DNA from: Chloroflexi bacterium RBG_13_51_36
Lineage (GTDB): Bacteria > Chloroflexota > Dehalococcoidia > GIF9 > AB-539-J10
Assembly: GCA_001796515.1 (NCBI GenBank)
Contig: MGMS01000009.1
Location: 28,054 to 92,053 of the forward strand
Length of the DNA stretch: 64,000 nucleotides
Direction: 5' to 3'
A program made the translations under genes and the position numbers. Below are positions 47,235 through 58,500 of the stretch, in pieces. Within the stretch, counting starts at the first letter, position 1. Every line of letters starts with the position of its first letter. The notes beneath the pieces were generated by a model. It worked only from the letters and a program-made list of their open reading frames with translations, did not search any database and was not told the DNA's origin.

Positions 47235-48632
47235 CTACTTCCGGTATTTGGGAAGGTACTTCTTGATGAAGTCTTCTTTGATTAATTTCAAGTCTTCTTC
47301 AGGCAGTGCTGAAAATAGCCCCCAGGCGGTATCCAGGGTGTTTTCTACCGTTCTTTTCTCCGACTCGCCTTGAGATATGAATCTTCTCTCGAACTCATCC
47401 GCGGCAGTCAGATATATCTTGTCCCTTTCACCCAGTGCCTCAGCACCTATAATGGTGGATATCTCCCTGAGATAACATCCTTCAGCATAGGCAGCATAGG
47501 ATTGCATGAAGACGTTATTGTGGTCCTCCCTGGTCTTACCCGGCCCGATCCCCTCCTTCATCATTCGGGAAAGCGACAAGAACACGTCTATTGGCGGGTA
47601 TATCCCTTTTCTTTCCAGATTCCGGGAAAGGACGATCTGTCCCTCGGTTATATAGCCGGTAAGATCGGGTATGGGATGCGTTATATCATCGTCAGGCATG
47701 GTTAGTATGGGCATTATGGTTACCGAGCCTTCTTTGCCAGAAATCCTGCCTGCCCTCTCATACATCGTAGCCAGGTCAGTGTACATGTAACCGGGATACC
47801 CTCTTCTTGAGGGTATCTCTTCGCGCATGGAAGAGAGTTCGCGGAGAGCTTCGCAGTAATTGGTCATGTCGGTGAGTATAACCAGCACGTGCATATGCTG
47901 TTTCCAGGCCAAGTATTCGGCTGCGGTTAAAGCCAGCCTTGGTGTTGATATTCGCTCGATAACAGGGTCTGACGCGGTATTAATGAAGGCCACAGTTCTC
48001 TCCAGCGCGCCCGTCCTCTCGAGATCTCTCATGAAGAAAGAGGCATCATCGTAACTGATGCCAATCGCGGCAAATACCAAGGCGAATCTTTCTTCCTTGC
48101 CCTTCACGGTTGCCTGTCTGATTACTTGAGCCACAATTCGGTTATGAGGTAGGCCCGAGCCGCTAAATATGGGCAATTTCTGTCCTCTAACCAGTGCGTT
48201 TAGGCCGTCTATCGCCGAGATTCCCGTTTCGATAAACTCCGCTGGAGGCTCGCGGAGTGCGGGGTTCATAGGCTCACCGTTAATATCCAGGTAATCTTCG
48301 GGAATCAGCCGGGGCCCTCCGTCTATTGGCTCTCCCATCCCGTTGAATATCCTTCCTAAAATATCGTTAGAGACTGGCAATTTTAGAGTTTCGCCTTTGC
48401 ACCTTATCGTGCTTCCCACGAGGTCCACTTCACTGACGCCGCCAAATACCTCGACTATAGTTGCATCCTCACTGATATCTATTGCTTGACCGCTTTTCAC
48501 CTCGCCGTTGCCAAGCCGAACATCGACCATCTCATTGAATTGTATGCCAGGTATGCTTTCAGCTATGAGCAAAGCCCCCTTAGCTTTGCTGATCGCCCTT
48601 CCTTCTTTAACGTAAAGTGAGGAGAAATCCAT
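47235..48632 (-). CDS. A/V-type ATPase subunit B
   Basis: '[15 protein letters not shown]', '[14 protein letters not shown]', '[15 protein letters not shown]'. Confidence 0.96.
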   Translation of the reverse strand: MDFSSLYVKEGRAISKAKGALLIAESIPGIQFNEMVDVRLGNGEVKSGQAIDISEDATIVEVFGGVSEVDLVGSTIRCKGETLKLPVSNDILGRIFNGMGEPIDGGPRLIPEDYLDINGEPMNPALREPPAEFIETGISAIDGLNALVRGQKLPIFSGSGLPHNRIVAQVIRQATVKGKEERFALVFAAIGISYDDASFFMRDLERTGALERTVAFINTASDPVIERISTPRLALTAAEYLAWKQHMHVLVILTDMTNYCEALRELSSMREEIPSRRGYPGYMYTDLATMYERAGRISGKEGSVTIMPILTMPDDDITHPIPDLTGYITEGQIVLSRNLERKGIYPPIDVFLSLSRMMKEGIGPGKTREDHNNVFMQSYAAYAEGCYLREISTIIGAEALGERDKIYLTAADEFERRFISQGESEKRTVENTLDTAWGLFSALPEEDLKLIKEDFIKKYLPKYRK

Positions 48633-48649
48633 AAAAACCCTCCTTTTTG

Positions 48650-50401
48650 TCAGGGAACGCGCTTACCAGTCACCAAGCTCTGTTCCATCTCCGACCACAA
48701 TTCCTTGACTTTCTGTTCAAAATCCTCATTGGGTATATCCTTCATCCTGGATATTCTGTAGACCATTGCTGATGAGCGGATGCTCTCCATGCCTGCCCCC
48801 GAATTTAGCATCTCCTGAGTGAGTTCATAAAACTTCATTATAGTTTTGAGCATGAGGCCGGCTTTGGCTGGCGCACAGTAAGTGTCGACTTCGTTATAGG
48901 CGCTTTGCTGGAGAAAATCCTCGCGAATCATCCTGGCGGTAAGAAGCAATAATTTGTCTCCTTCGGGTAAAGCTTCGGGACCCACGAGTCTCACAATTTC
49001 CTCCAGCTCAGCCTCCTGCTGCAATATTCTCAAGGCACCAGCCCTGGTATGTTCCCAGCCTGGATCATGTTCATTCCACCAATCCTTTACTGCATCTACA
49101 TAGAGGCTGTAACTGGTGAGCCAGCTTATGGCAGGGAAATGCCTCTTGTTTGCTAGCGAAACATCCAAGGCATACAAAGCATCTATTATTCTGAGTGTAT
49201 TTTGAGTTACCGGTTCACTGAAGTCAGCCCCTGGGGGACTTACGGCACCAGCTACTGTCACCGAACCTTCTCTTTCAGGACTTCCCAGGCACTTGACCAT
49301 TCCTGCTCTTTCATAAAAAGAAGAAAGGCGAGAGCCCATATACGAAGGGAAGCCTTCCTCCCCTGGCATTTCCTCCAGTCTTCCGCTCATCTCCCTCATG
49401 GCTTCAGCCCATCTCGAAGTTGAATCAGCAACCAGCAGAATGTCGTAACCCATGTCCCGAAAGTACTCGGCCATAGTTATGCCAACAAAAATACTTGCCT
49501 CCCTGGCCACAACAGGCATGTTAGAGGTGTTTGCTATAAAGATCTCTTTCTCCTGTAACAGTCTTCCCGTGTTAGGGTCCTTGAGTTCTCTAAAGCTACT
49601 GAGCACGTCTGCCATCTCGTTACCCCTCTCGCCGCAGCCAACATAGATGTTCAGATGTGTCTGAGCCCACCTGGCCAGCTGCTGCAGGGCAACGGTTTTT
49701 CCAGTACCAAATCCGCCGGGTATCGAAGCCTTGCCCCCAAGAGCTAAAGGGAACATGTAATCCAGAATTCGCATGCCGGTAGTGAGCAAGCCCGAAGGAT
49801 CGGACCTCTGCTTATAGGGTCTGGGCTTTCTCACTGGCCACTCTTGCATCAACGTGAGTTCTTTTACTTCTCCATTGTACTCTACCCAAGCTACCGGCTC
49901 TTCAACAGTGTAGTCGCCCTGGCGTATCTCCTTTATCTTGCCTTTGATCCCCAACGGCACCATAATTCTGTGTTCTACGAGATTAGTCTCGGGCACCGTT
50001 CCTATTATGTCTCCCTGACTAACAGCATCCCCGGCCTTCACTTTAGGTGTGAACTGCCATTTTTTGTTGCGGGGAAGGGCCGAAGCTTTGGCGCCACGTT
50101 TTATGAACGGACCAATATTCTCACCCAGCGTTAGTAGAGATTTTTGTAGGCCATCGTAAATAGAACCCACGAGCCCGGGACCCAGCTCCGCACTTAGCAC
50201 TCTTCCCATTCCTCTCACCACCTCGCCCACCTTCAACCCCAGAGTATCCTCATGTGCTTGGATTATCGCCTTGGTTCCCTCCAGTCCCACTATCTCCCCG
50301 ACAAGCCCTTCCTCGCCTATCTCGACAACTTCATAAACCTGAGCGCCTTTCATATCATCGGCGATAACCAGAGGACCAGAAACTCTCCATATTTTGCCCA
50401 T
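48650..50401 (-). CDS. A/V-type ATPase subunit A
   Basis: P-loop 'GGFGTGKT', 'GCGERGNEM', '[10 protein letters not shown]'. Confidence 0.96.
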   Translation of the reverse strand: MGKIWRVSGPLVIADDMKGAQVYEVVEIGEEGLVGEIVGLEGTKAIIQAHEDTLGLKVGEVVRGMGRVLSAELGPGLVGSIYDGLQKSLLTLGENIGPFIKRGAKASALPRNKKWQFTPKVKAGDAVSQGDIIGTVPETNLVEHRIMVPLGIKGKIKEIRQGDYTVEEPVAWVEYNGEVKELTLMQEWPVRKPRPYKQRSDPSGLLTTGMRILDYMFPLALGGKASIPGGFGTGKTVALQQLARWAQTHLNIYVGCGERGNEMADVLSSFRELKDPNTGRLLQEKEIFIANTSNMPVVAREASIFVGITMAEYFRDMGYDILLVADSTSRWAEAMREMSGRLEEMPGEEGFPSYMGSRLSSFYERAGMVKCLGSPEREGSVTVAGAVSPPGADFSEPVTQNTLRIIDALYALDVSLANKRHFPAISWLTSYSLYVDAVKDWWNEHDPGWEHTRAGALRILQQEAELEEIVRLVGPEALPEGDKLLLLTARMIREDFLQQSAYNEVDTYCAPAKAGLMLKTIMKFYELTQEMLNSGAGMESIRSSAMVYRISRMKDIPNEDFEQKVKELWSEMEQSLVTGKRVP

Positions 50402-50430
50402 GTCTTTATCCTCCTACTCTTGCCATAATC

Positions 50431-50781
50431 TCAAATCTCTACTTCAAACCCTATCGATTCCCGGATGAGGGCCCTGTAATATTCCTTAGCATTCGGGTAC
50501 TTTGTACCAAATTTCGAAGGGACTTCGACAATTACGAGAGTTGTTCCCCTCTTTTTTCTAACTTGTGTCACTAGGTCTTCAACATATTGTGCGTAGTCTT
50601 CCAGCATGATTGCTATACCAACATCAGGGTCAGCCAACAGCTCGGCCAAAGCTTTCCTGGTATCTTCCCGGGCATCGTGATTACCCTTCATTGTGTAATA
50701 TTTGCTGATACCGGCCAATCGCAAGGCGTTGACCAGTTCCTCGTCTCCGATGACAGCTATATCTAGTTGTTTGGTAGACAT
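50431..50781 (-). CDS. A/V-type ATPase subunit F
   Basis: 'IAVIGD......RLAG'; operon position. Confidence 0.9.
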   Translation of the reverse strand: MSTKQLDIAVIGDEELVNALRLAGISKYYTMKGNHDAREDTRKALAELLADPDVGIAIMLEDYAQYVEDLVTQVRKKRGTTLVIVEVPSKFGTKYPNAKEYYRALIRESIGFEVEI

Positions 50782-50785
50782 CGCG

Positions 50786-51820
50786 TCACAGCACCAAATA
50801 GTCCTTTATCTCCTGAACGGAGCCGTCGTCAATGATTGTTTTGAGAATTAGCCGCAAGTTCCGTATTTCAACTTCTTTCAGGACTAAGTACCAGGCCATC
50901 ACCAGCGGCGACAGCACACGGGGCGACAAAATTTCCTTGAGCATCCTGAACTTATGCTTATCGATAATCTCATCAACGGCTGTGATGGTCTTGGTCCTAT
51001 CATAATTAGCGGACACTTCGTCTGCTATATCCTGATACTGGGAATCCCCCAACCTGGCGGGTATGTCCGCTATTTTAAGGGCTAGCAATTCTTTAAGCGT
51101 TTTATCCGTAATCCTATAGCCGCCAGCAATGATGAGGTCAGCAGCATCAAGTCCTATGCCTGCAATTATGGCTCTCGAGGCAATTTGTAGGTTTGTCAGG
51201 TCTATCAACAAGCCGAAGGCACTAGCGAGTACGAAGCCGTCTCTTATTCTTCTGGCCATGTTCAGGATGTTTCTATAGTACTCGCCATCCAGTTTGGCTT
51301 CAGCAGTAAACCTAGACTTTGTGCCCTTATCAACTTTGTACTGTTCCAGGGCAGGAACGTAATCTCCCAGTTTGCATTTGACAAGTAACTGGGCGATGTC
51401 AGCTGCATCCTCGGCTTTGGAAAGTGCGTCCAGCAGTCCGCTGCTGTGGATAGTACCGATAGGTATCATGCGGGCTCTTTTGCCAGTCGCAATGCCTTGT
51501 AGGGCAGCTTTGACATTTGAGACATCATATTTCACTACATATGCTTTGGATATCTTTAGTACATCTTCGGGCAGGAACTTGAATGATTCCACGTAGTCAA
51601 TGCGTTGGGCGAGATAGCGCCACAAGCATTCATCTATATCATCAAAAGTCTTGACAGACAATTCCTCCAGATAGTCTCCTATGTTGGTCTCTCTAATAAT
51701 TGCCAGAGCATCCTGAAGGTTGGACGTTGCCGTCATCCTGTCTATATGTTCAGGGGTGACAGTCTTGGCTTCCTCACCTTTCAGGCAAGCAGATATAAAT
51801 GCGTATCTTGGATTGAGCAC
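50786..51820 (-). CDS. A/V-type ATPase subunit C
   Basis: 'D..N.K', 'E.EIRNLR.I'; operon position. Confidence 0.85.
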   Translation of the reverse strand: MLNPRYAFISACLKGEEAKTVTPEHIDRMTATSNLQDALAIIRETNIGDYLEELSVKTFDDIDECLWRYLAQRIDYVESFKFLPEDVLKISKAYVVKYDVSNVKAALQGIATGKRARMIPIGTIHSSGLLDALSKAEDAADIAQLLVKCKLGDYVPALEQYKVDKGTKSRFTAEAKLDGEYYRNILNMARRIRDGFVLASAFGLLIDLTNLQIASRAIIAGIGLDAADLIIAGGYRITDKTLKELLALKIADIPARLGDSQYQDIADEVSANYDRTKTITAVDEIIDKHKFRMLKEILSPRVLSPLVMAWYLVLKEVEIRNLRLILKTIIDDGSVQEIKDYLVL

Positions 51821-51829
51821 AACATTCCC

Positions 51830-52411
51830 TTACTGAGCCTCAAAGAGTCTCTTGCTTATCTCTGGCAACAACTTCGGTAGCAAGGTCTCAAGTCTGGTTT
51901 CGTAAGTATTATCTATTCGGAGCTTCCCCTCAACATCCTCAGCGATGACCCCTCCCATGATATTGGATTCCCTGACCTCCAATATCTTGCCGGACAATTC
52001 TCTATCTGCTGCAAGCAGCTTTTTTGCGGTAGCTACATCCTTTGGAGAGACGTAAATTCTGCCCTTGTCCGCGCCGAGTGCGTTTATGGCCTCCTTGATC
52101 AATTTCAGGAGGTGACTTTCATCGCTTGAAACTTGGGACAATTCCTGCCGCGCCCCCTCAACTATCTTGACAATTGTGCTAGCTTTCGCACTCGATAGCT
52201 GCTGCCGCGCCTTGATGGAGGCCTGAGCTAGAACTCTGGCAGCTTCCTCCTTTGCCTCTCCCAGTATCCTGTCCTTCTCTTCCGCGAGCCGCGCATCCTT
52301 TTGCTTCTTGGACTTCTCTATCTCTTCTTGTGCCTTCTTCTCAGCCTCTTGGGTTATGCTTTGGGCTTCTGCCTTCACTTTGCTTAGGACAGCTTGACTT
52401 ATTTTCTCCAT
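51830..52411 (-). CDS. A/V-type ATPase subunit E
   Basis: N-terminal coiled coil and 'GGVI......RIDNT.E.RL'. Confidence 0.9.
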   Translation of the reverse strand: MEKISQAVLSKVKAEAQSITQEAEKKAQEEIEKSKKQKDARLAEEKDRILGEAKEEAARVLAQASIKARQQLSSAKASTIVKIVEGARQELSQVSSDESHLLKLIKEAINALGADKGRIYVSPKDVATAKKLLAADRELSGKILEVRESNIMGGVIAEDVEGKLRIDNTYETRLETLLPKLLPEISKRLFEAQ

Positions 52412-52424
52412 TTTCAGTATGTCC

Positions 52425-52892
52425 CTAGAAAAGTCCTAACAGGCTTAGCACCAATACGGTGAACACTATGCCCAATATACCCCACAGTTCAACCAGCACT
52501 GCCAAAATCATGGTGGTAGTTAGTAGTTTTCCCTTTGTCTTGGGTAAGAGCGAGATGCCTGAAGCGCAGATAACGCCCTGATATGCTGCCGAGAAACCCT
52601 CGGCGGCCGCCACGAAAATGCCGCAGCCCAGCACGGCCAGACCGTTGCCCATGGTAGTTATGTTGTCTAACACCGTGCTTATGATAAGGATAAGAATTAT
52701 GAGCCCGTAAAAGGTCTGTGTCATAGGGAGAGACGATAGCAGGATAACATTCCTAAACTGGCCGGGCTCTTCGGACAACGTGCCGGCTCCCGCGGATGCC
52801 GCTAAACCAACACCTATCGAAGAACCGGCCATGCCGCCAGCCAGTCCTATGGCCCCGCCCAGAATTGCTAATGCTGTTGGATCCAATGCCAT
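52425..52892 (-). CDS. A/V-type ATPase subunit K (4-TM proteolipid)
   Basis: 'GSSIG', 'LPMTQTFYG', 'SAAYQG', 'LVELWG'. Confidence 0.92.
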   Translation of the reverse strand: MALDPTALAILGGAIGLAGGMAGSSIGVGLAASAGAGTLSEEPGQFRNVILLSSLPMTQTFYGLIILILIISTVLDNITTMGNGLAVLGCGIFVAAAEGFSAAYQGVICASGISLLPKTKGKLLTTTMILAVLVELWGILGIVFTVLVLSLLGLF

Positions 52893-52905
52893 TTCACGCT
52901 CCTTT

Positions 52906-54897
52906 CTAAGATTTTGCTTTGACAAACACGGGTCGAGTCTTCAACCGGAACGGACTGTACTCTCTGCCGCTACCCTCGTAAAACTTGAGGAGAAATTCCA
53001 CAAAACACAGCCTGAGAGAATGCACAAAACATGAGATACCGCTAAGGGCAGCATTGATTATATGGCCAACAAGCAAGATTATCACTGCCAGCACCGGGCC
53101 GGCAACGACTTGAATTGCCGCCGGCATCAAACCAGGTAATATGGTAGACATCAGATTGAAGGCGTAAGCGAGGTAATACGTAGCTAAGCCCACACCTGCC
53201 AGGCGGCAATACGACATGACATCGCCCAGGATTCCCGTCACTTCAGATAGTGAAAAAATCCCCCCCAAAAGGATGCCATTCATTCTGAGATAAGAGACAA
53301 CGATCAAGATTAAGCCCCCAGCCGCAACATATAATAGTATGGGATATGCCTGTTCCGGCAATATAGGGATATCCACGTGAAGCAGCTTATGCACAATCCA
53401 GGGGATTGCTCCAATCTCAAGCAAGAATAGGCCAATCTTACTGACCACTGTTCCCTTACTGCGTGCCTTTGCCCCCTTAATGAGCGTCAGTACATGCGCT
53501 ATGTTTACATGAATCAAACCTATGAATATTGAGAGAATTATGAACTTTATTGGATCTCCGAGCAGCGATTGAATCCACCCGGAAAGAGCCAGACTCTCAA
53601 TCCCGAAAAGCTGGACAAAATTTCCGAGGTAGCTGCCCGTAAGCAACCCAAAGACAAGACCGGCCCCGCCACTTATATAGAGCATTTTCTGAAATAGCTT
53701 AAATCCTTCGGTTTCGGGGTCGTCAACGAACTTCCTCAAGCCGCGATTAGCGAATAACAGAAGTATGGCCGAATACGCCACATCGTTCATCATCAGACCG
53801 AAGAAGAAAGGAAAGGAGTACGATATTATGGGTGTCGGGTCCCATTCCCTGTACTTGGGAACGCCAAATAGCTTTATCACGACCTGGAAAGGCCGAAGAG
53901 CAGGAAAATTCCTGAATTTGGTGGGCGGCTCCTCAATCTCCTGAGGCTTCTTGGTGTCAATGAACACATAGTCCACCTTGTCTTTAATCTGAGAAATCGT
54001 ATCCTCTGCGCTAGCCTCTGGAATCCACCCCTCGATTAGGGTAACGTATTTCGCCTCACAGGCTTTGGTCAGAACTGCCAGTCTTTCCGTTTCGGCTGAC
54101 AACGCCTCCCGAAAAAGGATAAGCGTCTTCGAATTCTCCTTCGTCTTGTTTTCAATCTCGATCTGAAGTTTTGCCAGTTCCTCTTGAAATCTATTAATGT
54201 TACTGTCGGCGGCCTGGAGAAACTCCCTGAGGGCCAAATCCTTTTCTGGTATCTGTAGAATCCTGCCGCCGCCATCCTTGACCGAAGACTCTATGGCTTC
54301 TCGATCTTCAACTCTGGCAATAGCGTAGAGGATGGTTTGGTCTTCAGTTGTGACCACAGTATTCTCAAGCAGATAGTCTCCAAGTTTAGAATATGAAGGC
54401 TCAAATAGCTCATTGGGAAACACTAAGACCCGCGAGAATAGGTAACCTCCAGAAAAACTCAAATCAATCAACTTGAAGTCAGCTTGCCGCTCCAGAGGGC
54501 GAAGACACTTACCCAGTTCTGCTAGTTCCTTAATGTTCTCGTTGAGTTTGGCTGCTATTTGATGCATCTTACCGAGCTTGGTACACAATGCCCTTACTTC
54601 GCCGTCGATTTCGCCAAGGGGTTTGGCATAGATAAGCTCCACATCTTCTCCCAGGGACACTCTTTCTCCCTTTGGCAAATAAGCTAACACATCGTTGATG
54701 TTCGTCAGTAGTTCGTTGACCTTCCTTCTTTCCCGTTCAATGGTTTCTTTGTCTACAGGTTTTAGCTCTTCGCTTTCCTCAACGTGAAGCACGCCAGCAC
54801 TATGTAGAGTTTTGAGGGTCTCTGTAGAGTAATCCTTGGGGGTCATTACCCTGACTTTAACCATGGGGTCAGGTGTATTGACGATTAGGGGTATCAT
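52906..54897 (-). CDS. A/V-type ATPase subunit I
   Basis: 'EGWIP', 'PPT', 'DPT', 'SYCRLAG', 'HSLRL.FVEF..KFYEG'. Confidence 0.93.
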   Translation of the reverse strand: MIPLIVNTPDPMVKVRVMTPKDYSTETLKTLHSAGVLHVEESEELKPVDKETIERERRKVNELLTNINDVLAYLPKGERVSLGEDVELIYAKPLGEIDGEVRALCTKLGKMHQIAAKLNENIKELAELGKCLRPLERQADFKLIDLSFSGGYLFSRVLVFPNELFEPSYSKLGDYLLENTVVTTEDQTILYAIARVEDREAIESSVKDGGGRILQIPEKDLALREFLQAADSNINRFQEELAKLQIEIENKTKENSKTLILFREALSAETERLAVLTKACEAKYVTLIEGWIPEASAEDTISQIKDKVDYVFIDTKKPQEIEEPPTKFRNFPALRPFQVVIKLFGVPKYREWDPTPIISYSFPFFFGLMMNDVAYSAILLLFANRGLRKFVDDPETEGFKLFQKMLYISGGAGLVFGLLTGSYLGNFVQLFGIESLALSGWIQSLLGDPIKFIILSIFIGLIHVNIAHVLTLIKGAKARSKGTVVSKIGLFLLEIGAIPWIVHKLLHVDIPILPEQAYPILLYVAAGGLILIVVSYLRMNGILLGGIFSLSEVTGILGDVMSYCRLAGVGLATYYLAYAFNLMSTILPGLMPAAIQVVAGPVLAVIILLVGHIINAALSGISCFVHSLRLCFVEFLLKFYEGSGREYSPFRLKTRPVFVKAKS

Positions 54898-55211
54898 GCT
54901 GACTTTTTCCCCCTGACAATATTCACCACAAGCTCCGTAATTTCCTTCACTTTCTTGTCGGCGGCGGTTTTGATTTCAGTAGCTTCTTTCTCAGAGTCCT
55001 TGATCTTTCTATCGGCTTCCGCCTTGGCCTTACCCACAATCTTGTCGCGCTCAGTCTTTGCCTCATCGACTATCAACCGAGACGAAAGTATTCTCTTGGC
55101 TTCCTCCTTGGCTTCAAGGAGGATTTCGCCGGCTCTGGTCTTTGCCTCTGCGAGTATCTTTTCGGCTTCACCCTCCAGGGCTTCTACGCTACTGGTGATC
55201 TCTTCAGGCAT
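54894..55211 (-). CDS. A/V-type ATPase subunit H/G
   Basis: 105 aa EAK-rich coiled coil at the head of the operon. Confidence 0.8.
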   Translation of the reverse strand: MPEEITSSVEALEGEAEKILAEAKTRAGEILLEAKEEAKRILSSRLIVDEAKTERDKIVGKAKAEADRKIKDSEKEATEIKTAADKKVKEITELVVNIVRGKKSA

Positions 55212-55440
55212 GTCATCGCTCCTTGGTAAGAGTCTGGGCTGATACTAGACAACGCTTGTACGCAAGCTGTTTTGTAGTCGGATGGATAATCATTTCAGTG
55301 ACTGATGGTCAGCCTTATCTGTGATTATAACAGAGTAGTCGGTTTCCGCCAAGCTGATGTTTTTGATAAGAAGCCATGGCCTTCACATCCGAGAGACTTC
55401 AATGTTTGTTATTACAGTGGAATGCTTTATAATTCAACAT

Positions 55441-56142
55441 ATGAGAGTGCAGAAGTTGCATGGGTGGGTGGTGAGTGTTGCCCAAGCCAGGGCAATACAA
55501 TTGAACCTGGCGAGACGAGTGGCGACTGAACGCGAAGTTGTTGACCCGCGCCTCGTGGCTGGTATTGACATATCTGCTCCTGATGCTCAGGGCATAGCCA
55601 GAGGAGCAGTGGTGGTTCTCCGTTACCCTGAGCTCAGTATCTTCGAGATTGGGATTGCTGAAGGTAAGATTACATTTCCCTATATTCCTGGGCTGTTGTC
55701 CTTTCGAGAAAGCCCCTTGATTCTGGCTGCCTGTGAAAAACTATGCAGCATTCCCGACCTTGTTCTGATTGATGGTCAAGGGATTGCTCATCCCAGAAGG
55801 TTCGGGCTGGCTTCGCATGTGGGGGTCTTTCTAGATTTGCCTACTATCGGCTGTGCAAAATCCATTCTTTGTGGCCAGCATCAGCCCGTGGGAGAAGAGG
55901 TCGGCTCTCATGCTGAGTTGCTTGACAAGGGGGAGCTTATCGGAGCAGCTTTAAGGACTAAATCGGGAGTGAAGCCAATGTATGTTTCCGTTGGCCATGG
56001 AATCGACCTGGCATCGGCTTTGCAGTGGGTGATAAGGTGCTGCCGTGGTCATAGACTTCCTGAGCCCACTCGTCTAGCTCATCTCGCTGCTGGAGGGATG
56101 TTGCGCAGGGAGCCGAGTTACCAGAAAAAGTCATTAGATTAG
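55441..56142 (+). CDS. nfi: Endonuclease V
   Basis: 'AGID', 'FPYIPGLLSFRE', 'DGQGIAHPRRFGLASH', 'RLPEPTR.AH'. Confidence 0.95.
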   Translation: MRVQKLHGWVVSVAQARAIQLNLARRVATEREVVDPRLVAGIDISAPDAQGIARGAVVVLRYPELSIFEIGIAEGKITFPYIPGLLSFRESPLILAACEKLCSIPDLVLIDGQGIAHPRRFGLASHVGVFLDLPTIGCAKSILCGQHQPVGEEVGSHAELLDKGELIGAALRTKSGVKPMYVSVGHGIDLASALQWVIRCCRGHRLPEPTRLAHLAAGGMLRREPSYQKKSLD

Positions 56143-56154
56143 GGAGTATTCAAC

Positions 56155-57253
56155 ATGCAGGAAGAGAAAGAAAAGCTAGAAGCCTTGCTTCGCCAGATCT
56201 CAGACATAATGGTGCATCTTTGACATCCCTGGCAAGGAAAGAGAGATTACTGGCATAGAGGCCGAGTCGGCCCAACCTGATTTCTGGCGCGACCCAACTA
56301 AAGCCCAAGCTAGCATGCGTGAGCTCAGGGGCAAGAAGAATCTGGTCAATGCTTGGCGAGGGATGGAGAAGAAAGCCGCTGACCTTCTGGAAATGACTGC
56401 TCTGGCTGTCGAAGAAGAAGATTACTCTCTTAAGGAAGAGATACAACTGGAACTAAAGAAGCTAGGCTCGCGGTTTGAACAGTTCGAGAGCCAGCAGCTT
56501 TTTACTGGCGATTATGATAGTCGAAATGCTATGCTCGCTCTTCATGCTGGTGCAGGCGGGACGGAGTCTCAGGATTGGGCAAACATGTTGCTCAGGATGT
56601 ACTTGAGATGGGCGGAGCGGCATGATTATGAGGCTGAGGTCTTGGATGTCTCCTCGGGAGAAGAGGCTGGTATCAAAAGCGCTATCGTCGAGATTAAAGG
56701 AGACTATGTATATGGCTATCTCAAAAGTGAACACGGGGTGCACAGGTTGGTGAGGCTGTCCCCTTTTGATGCTGACCATGCTCGCCACACATCTTTTGTC
56801 CTTGTGGAAGTCCTGCCTGAAGCAGAAGAAGCGGTGGATATCAAGATAAACCCGGAAGATTTGAGAATAGATACTTTCAGGTCCAGTGGTCCCGGCGGAC
56901 AACATATGCAAAAGACAAGCAGCGCCGTCAGAATAACTCACTTGCCTACAGGACTGGTAGCTACTTGCCAGGGTCAGCGGTCTCAGCACCAAAACAAGGA
57001 AGCTGCTCTGAAAGTTCTTTATTCTCGTCTTCTGGAACTTGACCGCAAGAAGAAAGAAGAGGAGAGGGCCAAGCTGAAAGGGGAGCGTATTGAAGCGGCT
57101 TGGGGCAACCAAATCAGGAGTTATGTTCTTCATCCCTACAAGATGGTGAAAGACCACCGCACTGATTACGAGGTTCATGATGCCGAAGCTGTGTTGGATG
57201 GAGAATTAGATGGATTCATGGCTAGCTACCTTCGGTCTAAAGTGGGGAAATGA
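56155..57253 (+). CDS. prfB: Peptide chain release factor 2 (programmed +1 frameshift at CTT TGA C, 56218-56224)
   Basis: Short ORF from ATG 56155 ends CTT TGA; the +1 frame continues into 'GAGGTES', 'SPF', 'GPGGQ'. Confidence 0.95.
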
Positions 57254-58500
57254 TTAGACGCATCGCTTTGATAACACTGGCACTTCTCGTGTTTCCGATG
57301 CCTTCACTCGTGGCAGCCGAGTCTGGCATTACAGTTATAGCCAGTCATGTAGAAGTGGATTTCCCCGGCCAGGCTGTGTTCACTGTCGAGGCCGAAAGCA
57401 ATGTTGATATTGTGAATGTTCGTCTTTATTACCAGGTGGATAAGATGAACTACGCTGAAGTGGTCAGTGAAGGTTGGGCCGATTTTGCCCCGGCAAACAG
57501 GGTAGGGGCTGATTGGGTATGGGATATGACGAATGCCAGCTTGCCCCCTGGCGCGGAAGTCACATACTGGTGGGTGATTGAGGATGCCGATGAGAATAGA
57601 GTTGAGACCTCTCCTGCGATAATGTATTTTGATGACGGTCGCTATACTTGGCAGAGCTTGACTAGTGCTGTACCGCAAGGTGGGGAGATGACCATTTTCT
57701 GGTATGAAGGTAGTAATTCCTTCGCTCAGGAATTGATGGATACTTGTGAGACAGGACTTGCCAGGTTGACCCAGGATATTGGCGCTTATCCAGACAGACC
57801 CATCAAAATATATGTTTATGCCTCCACCGGTGATTTACAGGGGGCTATGATTTTTCCTCAGGAATGGAGTGGCGGCGTTGCTTTCACTGACTTTGGCATA
57901 ATTGCCATTGGTATCCAGCAGAGTGAACTTGATTGGGGCAAGGGGGCGCTGGTTCACGAGTTGACGCATCTTATTGTTCGTCAGGCAACTTTTAGCCCTT
58001 ATGGGGAACTTCCTATCTGGCTTGACGAAGGGTTGGCTATGTACAACGAGGGCGAACTTGATCCCGCTTTTCGTTCCGCTTTGGAACAAGCTATTTTGGA
58101 AGATGAGCTTATTTCGGTGCGCAGCTTATGTAGTCCCTTTTCTGCCTATGCCGACAAAGCTCGCCTTTCCTATGCTCAAAGCTATAGCCTGGTGGAGTAC
58201 CTTCTTGATAATTATGGACAGGAGAAGATGTTGGATTTACTGACTGTTTTGAAGCAGGGTAATACCTATGACGAAGCTTTGACTGAGGTCTACGGTTTTG
58301 ACATAAATGGTCTCGACGATGGTTGGCGAGCGACCCTGGCGACCCCGGTAGTTGCAGATCAAAGGGCAGAGTCGCATTTTGCCTTGATTGCTGTGCTAGT
58401 TGCATTGGCTACAGGATTGATTCTGTGGGGCGCTCTGGCTCTCAAGAAGCGGACCAGGCGGACATCGTCTGGGGCATCGACTCTGTCGGACAAACCATGA
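57250..58500 (+). CDS. Secreted, membrane-anchored gluzincin (peptidase MA-like)
   Basis: Signal peptide, 'VHELTH...WLDEGLA', C-terminal TM helix plus basic tail. Confidence 0.8.
   Translation: MIRRIALITLALLVFPMPSLVAAESGITVIASHVEVDFPGQAVFTVEAESNVDIVNVRLYYQVDKMNYAEVVSEGWADFAPANRVGADWVWDMTNASLPPGAEVTYWWVIEDADENRVETSPAIMYFDDGRYTWQSLTSAVPQGGEMTIFWYEGSNSFAQELMDTCETGLARLTQDIGAYPDRPIKIYVYASTGDLQGAMIFPQEWSGGVAFTDFGIIAIGIQQSELDWGKGALVHELTHLIVRQATFSPYGELPIWLDEGLAMYNEGELDPAFRSALEQAILEDELISVRSLCSPFSAYADKARLSYAQSYSLVEYLLDNYGQEKMLDLLTVLKQGNTYDEALTEVYGFDINGLDDGWRATLATPVVADQRAESHFALIAVLVALATGLILWGALALKKRTRRTSSGASTLSDKP

Noticed and set aside
56462-57178. 238-aa minus-strand ORF
   Set aside because: Antisense to prfB
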